NCBI GenBank assembly: GCA_023245895.1
Contig: JAHFJJ010000003.1
Location: 11,343 to 75,342, forward strand
Reading direction: 5' to 3'
DNA length: 64,000 bases
From: Candidatus Doudnabacteria bacterium
GTDB lineage: Bacteria > Patescibacteriota > Doudnabacteria > UBA920
Positions 8,240-18,577 of the stretch are shown here, one piece after another (position 1 is the first letter of the stretch; each line of letters starts with the position of its first letter). Under the pieces are notes generated by a model, which was given only the letters and a program-made list of their open reading frames with translations, did no database searches and was not told the origin of the DNA. A program made the position numbers and the translations under genes.

Positions 8240-8929
8240 CTACTTTTCGTTTAAAATTGATTTTGCTAAATACATAAAAGGAATATCAATAATTCCAATG
8301 AGCCATTTGATTGTGGTTTGCCCGACGATGAGCCCAAAAATCGGAATTGCTCCGCCATAAAAAGCTATGGTAATAAATATCGCGCTGTCTAGAATCATTG
8401 AGGGAAGAGATGAGAAAACATTGCGCATCCACAAATGTTTGCCTTGGGTTTTATTTTTAAACCAGGCAAAAATATACGCATCCGCGTTTTCGCTAATTAA
8501 GAAAGCTATAAGGCTGGCAACTACAATCCTGGGCACCGAGCCAAGCACAGCTTCAAAAGCCGCCTGGTTTAAAAAGAACGGCGCGGGAGCGGTGTGAATG
8601 GCTAAATAAGAAAACACCACCAAAACAATTTGCGAGCAAAAGGCAATAAAAATCATCCTTTGGGTTTCAGCGCGGCCAAACCTTTCGTTTACAATATCTG
8701 TCAGCAAAAAAGTAACCGCAAAAATAAGCACCGCGGCCGGCGCGAAAATTTGGGTAAAGCCTAAATCAAACCGGATAATTTTGGAAGCTATAATATTGGC
8801 AAACAATATTAAAACAACATACAGCGCCACCAAAGCTTCGGAGCGCCCATAGCGTTTGGCATAAAAAGCGGCGGCTGAAGTTAAAAGCGAAACCATAACT
8901 GCCCAAAAAACAAACAATGAGAGTGTCAT
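8240..8929 (-). CDS. yhhQ: Queuosine precursor transporter (YhhQ/VUT family)
   Basis: Multi-TM; TFLLTDIVNERFG, RIVVASLIAF, WMRN, DSAIFITIAF. Confidence 0.88.
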   Translation of the reverse strand: MTLSLFVFWAVMVSLLTSAAAFYAKRYGRSEALVALYVVLILFANIIASKIIRFDLGFTQIFAPAAVLIFAVTFLLTDIVNERFGRAETQRMIFIAFCSQIVLVVFSYLAIHTAPAPFFLNQAAFEAVLGSVPRIVVASLIAFLISENADAYIFAWFKNKTQGKHLWMRNVFSSLPSMILDSAIFITIAFYGGAIPIFGLIVGQTTIKWLIGIIDIPFMYLAKSILNEK

Positions 8930-8969
8930 TTAAGTAAATAGTTAAGATTAATAAAATTATTCTATCAAA

Positions 8970-9029
8970 TTGACAAATTTAAATCAATAAAGTAACATGT
9001 TAATACTTAGTATTAACATGTTACTTTAT
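8970..9029 (+). promoter_or_regulatory. TA promoter with perfect 43-bp operator palindrome
   Basis: TTGACA 8970-8975; ATAAAGTAACATGTTAATACT-T-AGTATTAACATGTTACTTTAT (8987-9029) overlaps the -10 and the start codon. Confidence 0.8.
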
Positions 9030-9300
9030 GAGAAACACATCTTTAGTCACCATATCTTTGCCTCCGGCAATGGTTAAGGAGTCTGAACGCTTGGCTAAAA
9101 CCAGGCAAATGACCCGCTCGGAGTTTATGCGCGCGGCTATTCGCAGGTTTATAGAAGAGCTAGACAAAACCCAAGCCAAAAGAATCGCTTGGGAAGAAAG
9201 AGATACTCTTAAAGCTATCCAGTCTTTTGAAAAGGCTAAAAAGGCAGGGAAGCTTAAAATTTTACGCCCCGGGGATTTAGCTAAGTGGGCCAAAGAGTAG
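9028..9300 (+). CDS. Ribbon-helix-helix (CopG) antitoxin
   Basis: VTISLP...TRSEFMRAAIRRF. Confidence 0.85.
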   Translation: MRNTSLVTISLPPAMVKESERLAKTRQMTRSEFMRAAIRRFIEELDKTQAKRIAWEERDTLKAIQSFEKAKKAGKLKILRPGDLAKWAKE

Positions 9301-9301
9301 T

Positions 9302-9568
9302 ATGAAAGTCAATGCAATAATTTACGCCCCATATTTTAAGCGGGCTTATAAAAAGTTGCCTCCGGAGCTCAAGGCTATATTTATAGAAAGGGAAAAATTA
9401 TTCCGCCAGGACTGTTTTTATCCTTTGCTTAAAACTCACAAGCTTGGGGGAAAATGGAAAGGTTATTGGGCTTTTTGGCTTGATTACCACCACAGGGTAA
9501 TGTTCCAATTTGCGGATGACGGCCAAGTTTATTTTTTTAATGTTGGCGACCATTCAATATATCAGTAA
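9302..9568 (+). CDS. RelE/YafQ-like type II toxin
   Basis: FKRAYKKL, LKTHKLGG, YHHRVMF, VGDHSIY. Confidence 0.88.
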   Translation: MKVNAIIYAPYFKRAYKKLPPELKAIFIEREKLFRQDCFYPLLKTHKLGGKWKGYWAFWLDYHHRVMFQFADDGQVYFFNVGDHSIYQ

Positions 9569-9574
9569 ACTTAA

Positions 9575-9650
9575 GGGCGTGTAGCTCAGTTGGTAGAGCG
9601 GTCGTCTTATACACGACTGGTCGGGGGTCCGAGTCCCTCCACGCCCACCA
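9575..9650 (+). tRNA. tRNA-Ile (anticodon UAU)
   Basis: Cloverleaf, anticodon arm GTCGT-CTTATAC-ACGAC, encoded CCA. Confidence 0.85.
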
Positions 9651-9866
9651 CTTCTTCGTCCGCCTGAGGCGGACTACGAAGTGCAAGCATCCAAAAATAA
9701 ATCCCCTAAAGGGGATTTATTTTTTTAACAGTAAATTTATTTCTTGAACGAGTATTTCCAGATAGCTCTCCATGTCATCAAGGTTTTTGACCGACACTAT
9801 TTTACTTACCGCCCCGCTGGTCATTAAGTCTAGCGGATGCTCCTCATCTGTCAGTGCAAGTATAGA

Positions 9867-12347
9867 TTATATTATAGTAGCGCTGGCGACCTTATCTCCT
9901 TCATCCAACCTCATCACCCTTACGCCCTGAGTGGCTCTGCCTAATGTAGACACATTATTTAGCGGTGTGCGGATGGTTTGGCCCATTTTGGAGATTATTA
10001 CAAGGTCGTGTTCTTCGGCGTTGTTTAGGATGTACATGGCTACAATTTTGCCGGTCTTGGGGGTAACTTTTAGGGTTTTGATGCCGGAGCCGCCGCGGTT
10101 TTGGATTTTGTAGTATTGGCCTTCCGTTTTTTTGCCCAGGCCGTTTTCGGTTACCACCAAAACTTCCAGGGATTTTACATCAACTTCTTTTCTTATAATG
10201 TCCATGGAAATAATGTGGTCGTCTTTTTTAATGCGCATGCCGGTAACGCCGCTGGCGTTGCGGCCCATTGGGCGCACGTCTTTTTCGTTAAAGCGAATAG
10301 CCTGGCCGTTTTCCGTGGAAAGCATTATTTGGTCTTCTCCGGAAGAAGTTTCTACCCATTTCAATTCATCATCCCCTTTGAGGTTAATGGCAATCATACC
10401 GCTCTTGCGCACTTTGGCAAATTCTTCCCGCGCGACTTTTTTAATAAGGCCATTTTTGGTGGACATGACCAGGAATTTTCCGCCGGAGGCGGATCCGCCT
10501 CTGGCGGAGGCCATGGTTAAAATTGCTTGCGCGGTTTCATTGTTCTGGAGCTGTAGGAAGTTTACCAAGGCCTGGCCTTTGGCTGTCCTTGAGCCTTCGG
10601 GCAGTTCGTAAACTTTAGTCTGGAAGACGCGGCCTTTGTTGGTAAAGAAAAGAATGTCGTCGTGAGTGTGTGAAGATATAAGTTTGTCCACTACGTCTTC
10701 TTCTTTTAACGATTGGCCAATTATTCCTTTGCCGCCGCGGGCCTGGGCTTTGTAGGTATCGGGCGCCAGGCGTTTTACATAGCCGCTCTTGGTTACTGTA
10801 ATTATTACATTGCTTTCAGGGATTAAGTCTTCGGCGCTAAAGGAACCTATGGCGTTCTTGATTACCACAGTCCTGCGCTCGTCGCCGAATCTTTCTTTAA
10901 GGTCCAGCACCTCTTTTTTAATAATAGATAAAATCTTTTTAGCGGACTGCAAAATGCCTTCTAATTCTTCTATCAATGCTTTTTTTTCTTTCAGTTCATC
11001 GTCAATTTTTTTGCGTTCAAGGCCGGCCAAAGTCTGCAGGCGCATTTCCAAAATGGCGTCTGTCTGGATGTCGGTCAGCTTGAACTTCTTCATTAAGTTG
11101 ACCTTGGCTTCTTCCTTGGTCGGTGATTTGCGGATAATACTGATGACTTCATCAATATGGTCCAAGGCTTTCTTTAAGCCTTCCAAAATATGCGCGCGTT
11201 CTTTGGCTTTTTTAAGCTCAAAGGCTGTCCTTCTTTTTACCACAACCTGGCGGTGCTCCAGGAATTTTTCCAAAACCGTTTTTAGGTTTAAAACATGGGG
11301 CTCAATGCCCCCTACCAAGGCCAGCATGTTCAAATGGAAAGTTTCCTGCATTTGGGTGTAGGAAAAAAGCTGGTTTAAAATTTTGTTGGCCAGGCCGTCT
11401 TTTTTTATATCTACGACAATCCGCACGCCGTCTTTATCGCTTTCATCGCGCACGTCCTTAATGCCTTCTATTTTTTTCTCGCTGACCAGCAGGGCGATTT
11501 TTTCCAGCAGGGTGGCTTTGTTAACGCGGTAAGGAATTTCGTGGACTAAAATTTGGAAGGCCCCGCTCTTGGTCTCCACAATTTCAGTTTTTGCGCGCAT
11601 AACAATCCCGCCCTTGCCGGTAGCATAGGCGTTCTTTATGGCCGCGACATCGTAAATAATTCCGCCGGTGGGAAAGTCCGGTCCTTTAACAAATTCCATT
11701 AGGTCTTCGGTGGTGGCTTCGGGGTCATCAACCAGTTTTACAATCGCGTCGCAAATTTCCGTAAGGTTGTGCGGCGGAATATCTGTTGCCATGCCCACGG
11801 CAATGCCAAGTGTGCCGTTTAAAAGCAAATTAGGCACTTTGCCCGGAAAGACAATAGGTTCTTTGCGCGTGGCATCGTAGTTGTCGCGCCAGTCTACGGT
11901 TTCTTTGTCTAAATCTGTCAAAAGTTCTTCGGCTAAGGCGGACATCCTTGCTTCGGTGTACCTCATGGCCGCGGCGCCGTCGCCGTCCATAGAACCAAAG
12001 TTTCCCTGGCCGTCTATTAACGGGTAGCGCATGGCGAATTCCTGGGCCATGTGCACCATGGCGTCGTAAACCGAAGCGTCGCCATGCGGGTGGTATTTAC
12101 CCAAGACATCACCGACTACAGCCGCGGATTTGCGGAATTTAACGCTATGGCGCAGCCCCAGTTCGTGCATAACGTAAAGGATGCGGCGGTGCACGGGCTT
12201 AAGGCCGTCGCGTACATCGGGAAGGGCGCGGGAAACAATTACGCTCATGGCGTAATCCAAATACGACTCCTGCATTTCTGTTTGGATGTCGCGCTGTTTT
12301 ATTTCTCCTATGTCGGTTGATAGTTCTGCTTTGGAATCTTTGGGCAT
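9867..12347 (-). CDS. gyrA: DNA gyrase subunit A
   Basis: YHPHGD, AAMRYTE, GyrA-box-like QARGGKG, C-terminal pinwheel repeats. Confidence 0.97.
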   Translation of the reverse strand: MPKDSKAELSTDIGEIKQRDIQTEMQESYLDYAMSVIVSRALPDVRDGLKPVHRRILYVMHELGLRHSVKFRKSAAVVGDVLGKYHPHGDASVYDAMVHMAQEFAMRYPLIDGQGNFGSMDGDGAAAMRYTEARMSALAEELLTDLDKETVDWRDNYDATRKEPIVFPGKVPNLLLNGTLGIAVGMATDIPPHNLTEICDAIVKLVDDPEATTEDLMEFVKGPDFPTGGIIYDVAAIKNAYATGKGGIVMRAKTEIVETKSGAFQILVHEIPYRVNKATLLEKIALLVSEKKIEGIKDVRDESDKDGVRIVVDIKKDGLANKILNQLFSYTQMQETFHLNMLALVGGIEPHVLNLKTVLEKFLEHRQVVVKRRTAFELKKAKERAHILEGLKKALDHIDEVISIIRKSPTKEEAKVNLMKKFKLTDIQTDAILEMRLQTLAGLERKKIDDELKEKKALIEELEGILQSAKKILSIIKKEVLDLKERFGDERRTVVIKNAIGSFSAEDLIPESNVIITVTKSGYVKRLAPDTYKAQARGGKGIIGQSLKEEDVVDKLISSHTHDDILFFTNKGRVFQTKVYELPEGSRTAKGQALVNFLQLQNNETAQAILTMASARGGSASGGKFLVMSTKNGLIKKVAREEFAKVRKSGMIAINLKGDDELKWVETSSGEDQIMLSTENGQAIRFNEKDVRPMGRNASGVTGMRIKKDDHIISMDIIRKEVDVKSLEVLVVTENGLGKKTEGQYYKIQNRGGSGIKTLKVTPKTGKIVAMYILNNAEEHDLVIISKMGQTIRTPLNNVSTLGRATQGVRVMRLDEGDKVASATII
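10479..10508. repeat. 30-bp palindrome in frame inside gyrA (encodes [10 protein letters not shown])
   Basis: TCCGCCGGAGGCGGATCCGCCTCTGGCGGA; intergenic twin at 14130-14159. Confidence 0.85.
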
Positions 12348-12448
12348 AGTGTGATTGACAAGATTAAGTAAGATTTAAATGATTGACATGATTGTCTGCA
12401 GTAATTCTTGTCATTCTTGCTCAATCTTTTAATTCTTTTAAATCAAAT

Positions 12449-12652
12449 TTATTTCCTGAAGTTATCTTTTACATCCTTTATCCCCTGTCCAATTGTTTGG
12501 AAAAAGGTAGCGTCTTTGTCTACTCTTTTATAGTACCTGGAGCTAATTACCCAGACAATAGTAAGTAAGATTGCTGCTATAATTACTGCTGTCCAAATAA
12601 GCTTGAGCTTTTCGGCTTGGGGTTTGTGTCTTATTTGCTCAATCCATTTCAT
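12449..12652 (-). CDS. Small single-TM hypothetical protein
   Basis: ORF track, start moved to MKWIEQ. Confidence 0.65.
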   Translation of the reverse strand: MKWIEQIRHKPQAEKLKLIWTAVIIAAILLTIVWVISSRYYKRVDKDATFFQTIGQGIKDVKDNFRK

Positions 12653-12751
12653 ATTATGTAGGGTTCCCAAATATACAAATTTTAGACAAATATACAAATC
12701 ATAAGAATTTCAGGGTTTGTATATTTGTGTTGATTTGTGTATTTGCGATTA

Positions 12752-13378
12752 CTACCTTAAGGGTTCCAGTATCACCAACTTTGTGCCCTCTTCCTGAAGT
12801 TCTTTCTTTTTTATTGTCAGCTTGTCCATTTCTTCCTTTTTGCCGCCCATTTCTTTTACAAATTTTTCCAAAGAGTCTAAATCTAAAATCAAATCTTTAT
12901 TCTTGTAGTGCGATGGGATAACAATCTTTGGTTCAACTTCATTTACGACTTTTGCGGCGGCCGAAGCGGAAAGCACAGTGTTGCCGCCGACGGGCAAGAT
13001 TAAAATATCTATTTCTCCCAAAGATTCAAGTTCGTCTTCTGTTAAGTTAAATTCTTTTATATGCGTTAAGTTTAAAATGCGAATGTCTTCGCTTTCTATT
13101 AAGAAAATTGTTACGTATTTATTTTCCTGTTTTAATGGAATGCCTGTTACGGTTACGCCTTTAATGTCGTATTCGCCCGGGTCAGTAATGTCAAAATGCT
13201 CGCCACTAATGCCGCTAATGGCCGAGTAAAGTTTGCTGTTTTTGTCAGCCAAAACTAAAACATCCGCCGCCCCGCGGGGCGGGGTCAGGCCGGAGTCCTT
13301 GTGGAAAGGATCGGTAATAATTGTGGCTTCTTTAGTGGTTATTTTAAACGAAGAAAGTCCGAAATATTGGATTTGCAT
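12752..13378 (-). CDS. Metallo-beta-lactamase-fold protein (metal ligands degenerate)
   Basis: IITDPF, PGEYDIKGV, IDILILPVGG, VIPSHY. Confidence 0.85.
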   Translation of the reverse strand: MQIQYFGLSSFKITTKEATIITDPFHKDSGLTPPRGAADVLVLADKNSKLYSAISGISGEHFDITDPGEYDIKGVTVTGIPLKQENKYVTIFLIESEDIRILNLTHIKEFNLTEDELESLGEIDILILPVGGNTVLSASAAAKVVNEVEPKIVIPSHYKNKDLILDLDSLEKFVKEMGGKKEEMDKLTIKKKELQEEGTKLVILEPLR

Positions 13379-13571
13379 TTTAGGTTCTAGGCGCTAGGTT
13401 TTAGGTTCAAGAAAGCCCAGGAAACCAGCGGTATTATTAAAGGTTTAAGCTTAAATCTTCTATTGAATTATAGCTGATTTTGGGTAAAAAGAAAAGGGGT
13501 TTTAAGACTTGAAAATTTACTAATTATTTGATATAATTTTTTGTTGCTAAGGCAACAATTTAGGAGGACCA

Positions 13572-14033
13572 ATGCAACAGGCAGTTCTATGGAAAAACCC
13601 AATTTCTCCACCTGCGACGCGTGACGAAGTTGAGCAGATAGAGAAAGAATTGGGGTTTAAGTTTCCCCAAGATTTTCTTATCTGCGCCATGAAAAACCAT
13701 GGCGCTAACACGAGTCAATTCAGGGTGGTATGTCTCGATGTCCCGCGGTCTCTAGACTTTCTTCTTTCGCTGAGGATAGGTACCGAAATATTTACGCCGC
13801 TTCAGGCTATCGAGAAAAGCATCTCTCTGCTTCCTGGTCTCGTGCCTTTCGCAACCGCATCTGACGAAGGCTGGTGGTGTTTCGATTACCGAAAAGCACC
13901 AGACAACCCATCGATCGCATTTTGGGACCGGGCTTTGTCTCACAATCCTTTGAAGGCGGTGATTCCCGTCGCTCGTTCTTTTACGGAAATGTGCGAATTG
14001 ATGCATTGCTACGAAGGCGAAGCTTTGAACTGA
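13572..14033 (+). CDS. SMI1/KNR4 (SUKH) family protein
   Basis: EQIEKELGFKFPQDF, LVPFA, WCFDYR, VARSFTE. Confidence 0.85.
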   Translation: MQQAVLWKNPISPPATRDEVEQIEKELGFKFPQDFLICAMKNHGANTSQFRVVCLDVPRSLDFLLSLRIGTEIFTPLQAIEKSISLLPGLVPFATASDEGWWCFDYRKAPDNPSIAFWDRALSHNPLKAVIPVARSFTEMCELMHCYEGEALN

Positions 14034-14272
14034 CTTGCAAGCTATGGGGTGTACTGGTTACCAGTACACCCCTTGCTTTTTTATATAAAACTGCTATAAT
14101 ATTTGGGCTTATTTGAATAAGTGCTAAAGCCCGCCGGAGGCGGGTCCGCCTCTGGCGGAAAATAATAATTATTAATCCCAAATAAGCCTTTGAAACAGCA
14201 CTTTTTAACAATTAACCAATGCAATACGTATCTTAAATTTGTTCAACGATTTTAAGTCGTTGATTTTTTATT

Positions 14273-14367
14273 TTCACCCTCCCCTAACCCCTCCCATCAA
14301 GGGAGGGGAAGACTGCAGACTGCAGTAGTTCCTTCCCCTTGATGGGGAAGGCTAGGAAGGGGCGAAT
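14273..14367. repeat. Inverted doublet of C-rich/G-rich palindrome, family B
   Basis: CCCTCCCCTAACCCCTCCCATCAAGGGAGGGG ... CCTTCCCCTTGATGGGGAAGGCTAGGAAGGGG. Confidence 0.75.
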
Positions 14368-14398
14368 GATCGTAGTTGGTTAGAGAAAGAAAATTAAT

Positions 14399-15634
14399 AT
14401 GACAGAAGAAGTAAAACAAGCAGTTATTCCCGCCGGAGCGGCCAGCGCTACGACAATGACAGATTTGGTCAATAGCGGCGTGGAAATCCGCGTGCTTAAA
14501 CCAGGCGACATGGTAGAAGGCGCGCTTATTAGCGTAGGCAAGAACGAAGTTTACGTTGACTTGGAAGGCTATGGCGTGGGCGTTGTTCGCGGCCGCGAGT
14601 TGTATGACGACGAAGCAACTTTGTCCGCTTTAAAACCCGGCGACAAAATTTTTGTTTCCGTGGTTGAAGGCGAAAACAAAGAAGGTATTGTCGAATTGTC
14701 CTTAAGACAAGCCGGGCAGGAAAGAGTTTGGCAGACCTTAAAGGAAAAGTTGGACAGCAAGGAAATTGTCCGCACCAAAATTTTGGAAGCCAACAAAGGC
14801 GGCCTTATGGTAGAGATAAACAACGTAATGGGTTTCTTGCCCGTATCCCAGTTGTCTTTGGAGCACTATCCCCGCGTGGAAGACGGCGACAAGAACCGCA
14901 TTTTGGGCGTTTTGCAGTCTTATGTTGGCCAGTCGTTCGATGTGCAAATTATTACAGCCGACTCCACCGAGGAAAAACTGATTGTTTCCGAAAAAGCCGT
15001 TTTTGAAAAAGAAATGGAAAACAAGCTCGGCTCGCTTAAAATTGGCCAGGTTGTGGAAGGTACAATTACCGGTGTGGTAGACTTTGGCGCCTTTGTTAAA
15101 TTCGGTGAAATGGAAGGCTTGGTCCACATTAGCGAACTTGCCTGGCAGAGGATTGAAAACCCCAAGGACATTGTGAAAGTCGGCCAGAAAGTTACGGCCA
15201 AAGTTATTTCCATAGACAAAGGCCGCGTATCTTTATCCATTAAACAATTACAGGAAGACCCATGGCTGGAAGCGGTTAAGAAATACCAAATTGGCCAGGT
15301 GGTTAAGGGCAAGGTAGGGAAAATTATGCCTTTTGGCGTATTTGTGGAATTGGACAAAGACATCCAGGGCCTGGCCCACATAATGGAGCTTTCGCACGAA
15401 GCGGTTAAGAACGCGGAAGACTTTGTTAAACCGGGCGAGGAAAAAGAATTTAAGATTATTTCCATTGAACCGGCCGAGCACCGTTTAGGCCTTTCTTTGA
15501 AAGCTTTAACCGAAGCGCCTAAGAAGGCGAAAGAAGAAAAAGCTTCTGTCTCCGTTGAAGTTTCTGCGGATAAGGAAGAAGTCAAAGAATCCGCCGACGC
15601 TAAACCCATGGCGGACAAGGAAGCGGCAACATAA
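14399..15634 (+). CDS. rpsA: 30S ribosomal protein S1
   Basis: Four S1 domains (FGAFV, GLVHISE). Confidence 0.95.
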   Translation: MTEEVKQAVIPAGAASATTMTDLVNSGVEIRVLKPGDMVEGALISVGKNEVYVDLEGYGVGVVRGRELYDDEATLSALKPGDKIFVSVVEGENKEGIVELSLRQAGQERVWQTLKEKLDSKEIVRTKILEANKGGLMVEINNVMGFLPVSQLSLEHYPRVEDGDKNRILGVLQSYVGQSFDVQIITADSTEEKLIVSEKAVFEKEMENKLGSLKIGQVVEGTITGVVDFGAFVKFGEMEGLVHISELAWQRIENPKDIVKVGQKVTAKVISIDKGRVSLSIKQLQEDPWLEAVKKYQIGQVVKGKVGKIMPFGVFVELDKDIQGLAHIMELSHEAVKNAEDFVKPGEEKEFKIISIEPAEHRLGLSLKALTEAPKKAKEEKASVSVEVSADKEEVKESADAKPMADKEAAT

Positions 15635-15721
15635 AGTAAAATTTAAAAACCCTCCCCTTAGTCGGGAGGGTTTTTTTGTATGGTACGATGACTGCCATCG
15701 TATACATTGTACAAAGGGATT

Positions 15722-15958
15722 TTAAATTGAAGTAGGGGCGGCAACAGGATTGCAGTTGCGGCAGAGTTTTTTGTGGACTGCAATTTCGTAAATCGCGGAC
15801 AGGCCGACAAGCACGTAGATTACCATGGTAACAGGGTTGGAAACAGGGCCGAAGATTTTTTCAACAAGGTTGAAATTAAACGCGGTAAGTCCCCAGTTAA
15901 GCCCGCCAACAATCAATAGGATAAAAGCAATGGTGTGTAAAACTTTCATTCTTTTCAC
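15722..15958 (-). CDS. DUF378 family membrane protein
   Basis: LLIVGGLNWGL...IYVLVGLSA. Confidence 0.88.
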   Translation of the reverse strand: MKRMKVLHTIAFILLIVGGLNWGLTAFNFNLVEKIFGPVSNPVTMVIYVLVGLSAIYEIAVHKKLCRNCNPVAAPTSI

Positions 15959-16079
15959 CCCCTTTCAAGGGTAGTTGATTGGTTAATTTAGACGTCCTAA
16001 TTATAACAACCGCCTTAGTTTTTAACTAATTGGTTATCAACAATTAAAAATCCTCCGTATGAGCGGAGGATTTTTATAT

Positions 16080-17342
16080 TTATGATATGACCCGGCTTGG
16101 GATTTTTGGCAGTGGGATATCAACTGTAAATTCTTTGTTTAGCTCGCCTTCTTTTGGAGATTGGCGGTGGGTGTTAATATGGACCACGCGGGCTTCCGGG
16201 AAGCCATTAAAGTCAGTAGCCGATGCTAAAGTGTATGCGCCAATATTTTCAGCGTATAGCAAATCGTCAATTTGTAAATCTTCCGGCAGTTCGTCGGCCA
16301 AAGAAATTGTGTCAAAAGCGTCGCAGGTCGGCCCAAAGGTGGCACAGACTTTTAGCTCGCCTTCCTTAAAGGCGTGGAGCGGATAATGCTGGTGGTCATA
16401 AACTTGTCCGGAAAAAGTATGGTAAACGCCGTCATCTAAGTAGTAGCAGGTCTTGCCGTCGCGCACAGATTTGCCAATAATTTTCGTAACCAAAGTGCAG
16501 GCCGTGGCAACAATAAACCTTCCGGGCTCGGCTATTGGGTCGACGTCGCCGTTAAACAATCTTTTAATTTCTGAATTGATTTTTTTTGCGGCTTGGGCAA
16601 AAGGTTTTACGTCGGAAGTGTACCTTACGGGGAAACCGCCGCCAATGTCTAAAATTCTCATTTTTTTACCGTCTTTGTCAACAAACCCTATGTCCAATCC
16701 CCGCTGTTTGGCTTCTTTAAAAATTGAAGAAGCCAAGGATAGCGCCCCAACATAATTTTCAAAATTGTAACATTGGCTGCCTACGTGGAAACTGATGCCT
16801 TCTACGCTCAAGCCTAAATTTACAGCTTCGGCAATTAAGTCCACGGCTTCGCCGGGGTGTGCCCCGAATTTGGATGATAACTCAACCATAGAACCGGTAT
16901 TGGGTATGCGCACGCGCAAGACTAAACGCACGTCCGGAGCATGTTCTTTAATTTTTTTGAGTTCCTCAATGTTGTCAAAAGTCACTAAAATTTTGTAAGG
17001 GTTTAGCTTTTTTAAAACCTTGGCCGGCTTAATTGTGTTGGCGTAAATTACTTTGTCCCAAATAAAGTCCTGGCGTTCTTTTTCCGGCCAGTCTTTGATA
17101 TTTTCATACACAAGCTTAAATTCCCAAATTGAAGCCACGTCGAAACTTGAGCCCATGTCGAACATGGTCTTAATTATTTCCGGGTTGGAGTTGGCTTTGA
17201 CCGCGAAATACGCCTGCACGTCCGGCAGTTTGTCGCGGAATTCTTTATAATTTTCGCGGATGATGTCGTGGTCCACTACAAACAGCGGCGTACCGTGTTT
17301 GGCCGCCAATTCCTGCACCAGTTTTTTTCTTTCTTCAGTCAT
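16080..17342 (-). CDS. Fold-type III PLP ornithine (Lys/Orn) decarboxylase
   Basis: FAVKAN, SKFG, FHVGSQ, LDIGGGF, EPGR, GPTCD, GAYT. Confidence 0.93.
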   Translation of the reverse strand: MTEERKKLVQELAAKHGTPLFVVDHDIIRENYKEFRDKLPDVQAYFAVKANSNPEIIKTMFDMGSSFDVASIWEFKLVYENIKDWPEKERQDFIWDKVIYANTIKPAKVLKKLNPYKILVTFDNIEELKKIKEHAPDVRLVLRVRIPNTGSMVELSSKFGAHPGEAVDLIAEAVNLGLSVEGISFHVGSQCYNFENYVGALSLASSIFKEAKQRGLDIGFVDKDGKKMRILDIGGGFPVRYTSDVKPFAQAAKKINSEIKRLFNGDVDPIAEPGRFIVATACTLVTKIIGKSVRDGKTCYYLDDGVYHTFSGQVYDHQHYPLHAFKEGELKVCATFGPTCDAFDTISLADELPEDLQIDDLLYAENIGAYTLASATDFNGFPEARVVHINTHRQSPKEGELNKEFTVDIPLPKIPSRVIS

Positions 17343-17348
17343 GGTTTT

Positions 17349-18218
17349 TTAGCTTAACTTAATTCCGGCAAAAATTAATGTAGCTGCCGAGGCTATTCTT
17401 AAAATATAAACTTTCCAAGTATGGTGTTCAAACAGTTTGGGGAAAAAGAGCGACGAGGCCATGGCAATAATTACGGACAAAGGAATGGCAATTATGGCCT
17501 GGGAAATGCCAATGTTGAGGGTAAAGGCTTTGGCGGAAAGCAAGTTGGCAGTAGCGCCGGCTAAGGCGAATAAAAATATTATGCCAATGTGGCTCTTGTC
17601 CAGGGTTTTAATGTCTTTGCTAAACAGCGGCCAGGTAAATAGCATTATTCCTGCGGCAATAACGTTGTACCAAAGGTTTAAAGTCCAAAAGTTATTATCT
17701 ACAGCGGCTTTGTTTAGGAACAGGGCCATTAAGGATATGGCCAGCATTTCAACTAAGGCTAAAATTACGCCTTTGCTAAAAAAGGATTTAATGGAAAAGT
17801 TTTCATCGAATGTTACAAAAATTCCCGCCACTACCATTGCACCTATTAAGTACATTTGGTTTCCTGTAAGAACCTCCCCTAAGAACATTGCCCCTAAAAT
17901 TACGGAAAAAATAGTCTTAAAATTTTCCAGCGGGATAAATACCGAAACATCCAGTTGGTAAGCCACCAAGTTAAACAGGGTCATGCCCAGGGCAAAAAAT
18001 AGCGCTGCTAATAATATGTTGCCCCAAGCCGACGGCCAGCCCGCGCCCATGTAAAGAGAAACAGAAGAATTCAGGAGGATGGTAAAAAATAAGCACGTAA
18101 TGTTAAGGAGCCACGGGTTATTAACTTTATGTTTGCTTAGGTACTTGAGCAATAGGCTTTCAATGGCAAAGGTGATACTGGCGCCCCAGGCGAAAAACTG
18201 AAAGGGAATGTGTTCCAT
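17349..18218 (-). CDS. EamA/DMT family transporter
   Basis: About 10 TM helices in two repeats. Confidence 0.8.
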   Translation of the reverse strand: MEHIPFQFFAWGASITFAIESLLLKYLSKHKVNNPWLLNITCLFFTILLNSSVSLYMGAGWPSAWGNILLAALFFALGMTLFNLVAYQLDVSVFIPLENFKTIFSVILGAMFLGEVLTGNQMYLIGAMVVAGIFVTFDENFSIKSFFSKGVILALVEMLAISLMALFLNKAAVDNNFWTLNLWYNVIAAGIMLFTWPLFSKDIKTLDKSHIGIIFLFALAGATANLLSAKAFTLNIGISQAIIAIPLSVIIAMASSLFFPKLFEHHTWKVYILRIASAATLIFAGIKLS

Positions 18219-18232
18219 TATTTAATAATTTT

Positions 18233-18571
18233 TTAGGCTAGTGACAATAGAACTATCGCAATAATAGCAGTAAGGATGCCGGCTCCGCTAAACCAGTTTA
18301 GTTTTTCGCTGAAGATAAGGACTCCTATAGATACGGTGGCAAGCAAACTGAGTACTGACCAGATTGTGCCGACAATGGAGAGTTGGTTTTTTTGCAGTAT
18401 TGCGGGGAGCCAAGCCAAGGTGCCTAGTATATACGCCGTAAGGATCAAGGCGACAAAACTTGGCGTGGGGTGTAAGGCAAATTTTTTTGAGAAAAACTCA
18501 CCGCACGCAAAGAACAAAGCGGACAGGACTAACCAAATAAAGTAATTAATGGATAGTAAGTACTTCATCAA
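18233..18571 (-). CDS. SMR/DMT-like 4-TM transporter
   Basis: Four TM helices, membrane Glu in TM1 (CGEFFSK), IWS, GVLIFSEKL. Confidence 0.75.
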   Translation of the reverse strand: MMKYLLSINYFIWLVLSALFFACGEFFSKKFALHPTPSFVALILTAYILGTLAWLPAILQKNQLSIVGTIWSVLSLLATVSIGVLIFSEKLNWFSGAGILTAIIAIVLLSLA

Positions 18572-18577
18572 TTATGC

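Noticed and set aside
8930..8990. preQ1 riboswitch upstream of yhhQ
   Set aside because: Short AT-rich leader without a recognisable preQ1 aptamer.
9867..12347. Intein in GyrA
   Set aside because: Normal length, no intein motifs; only a 10-aa repeat-derived insertion.
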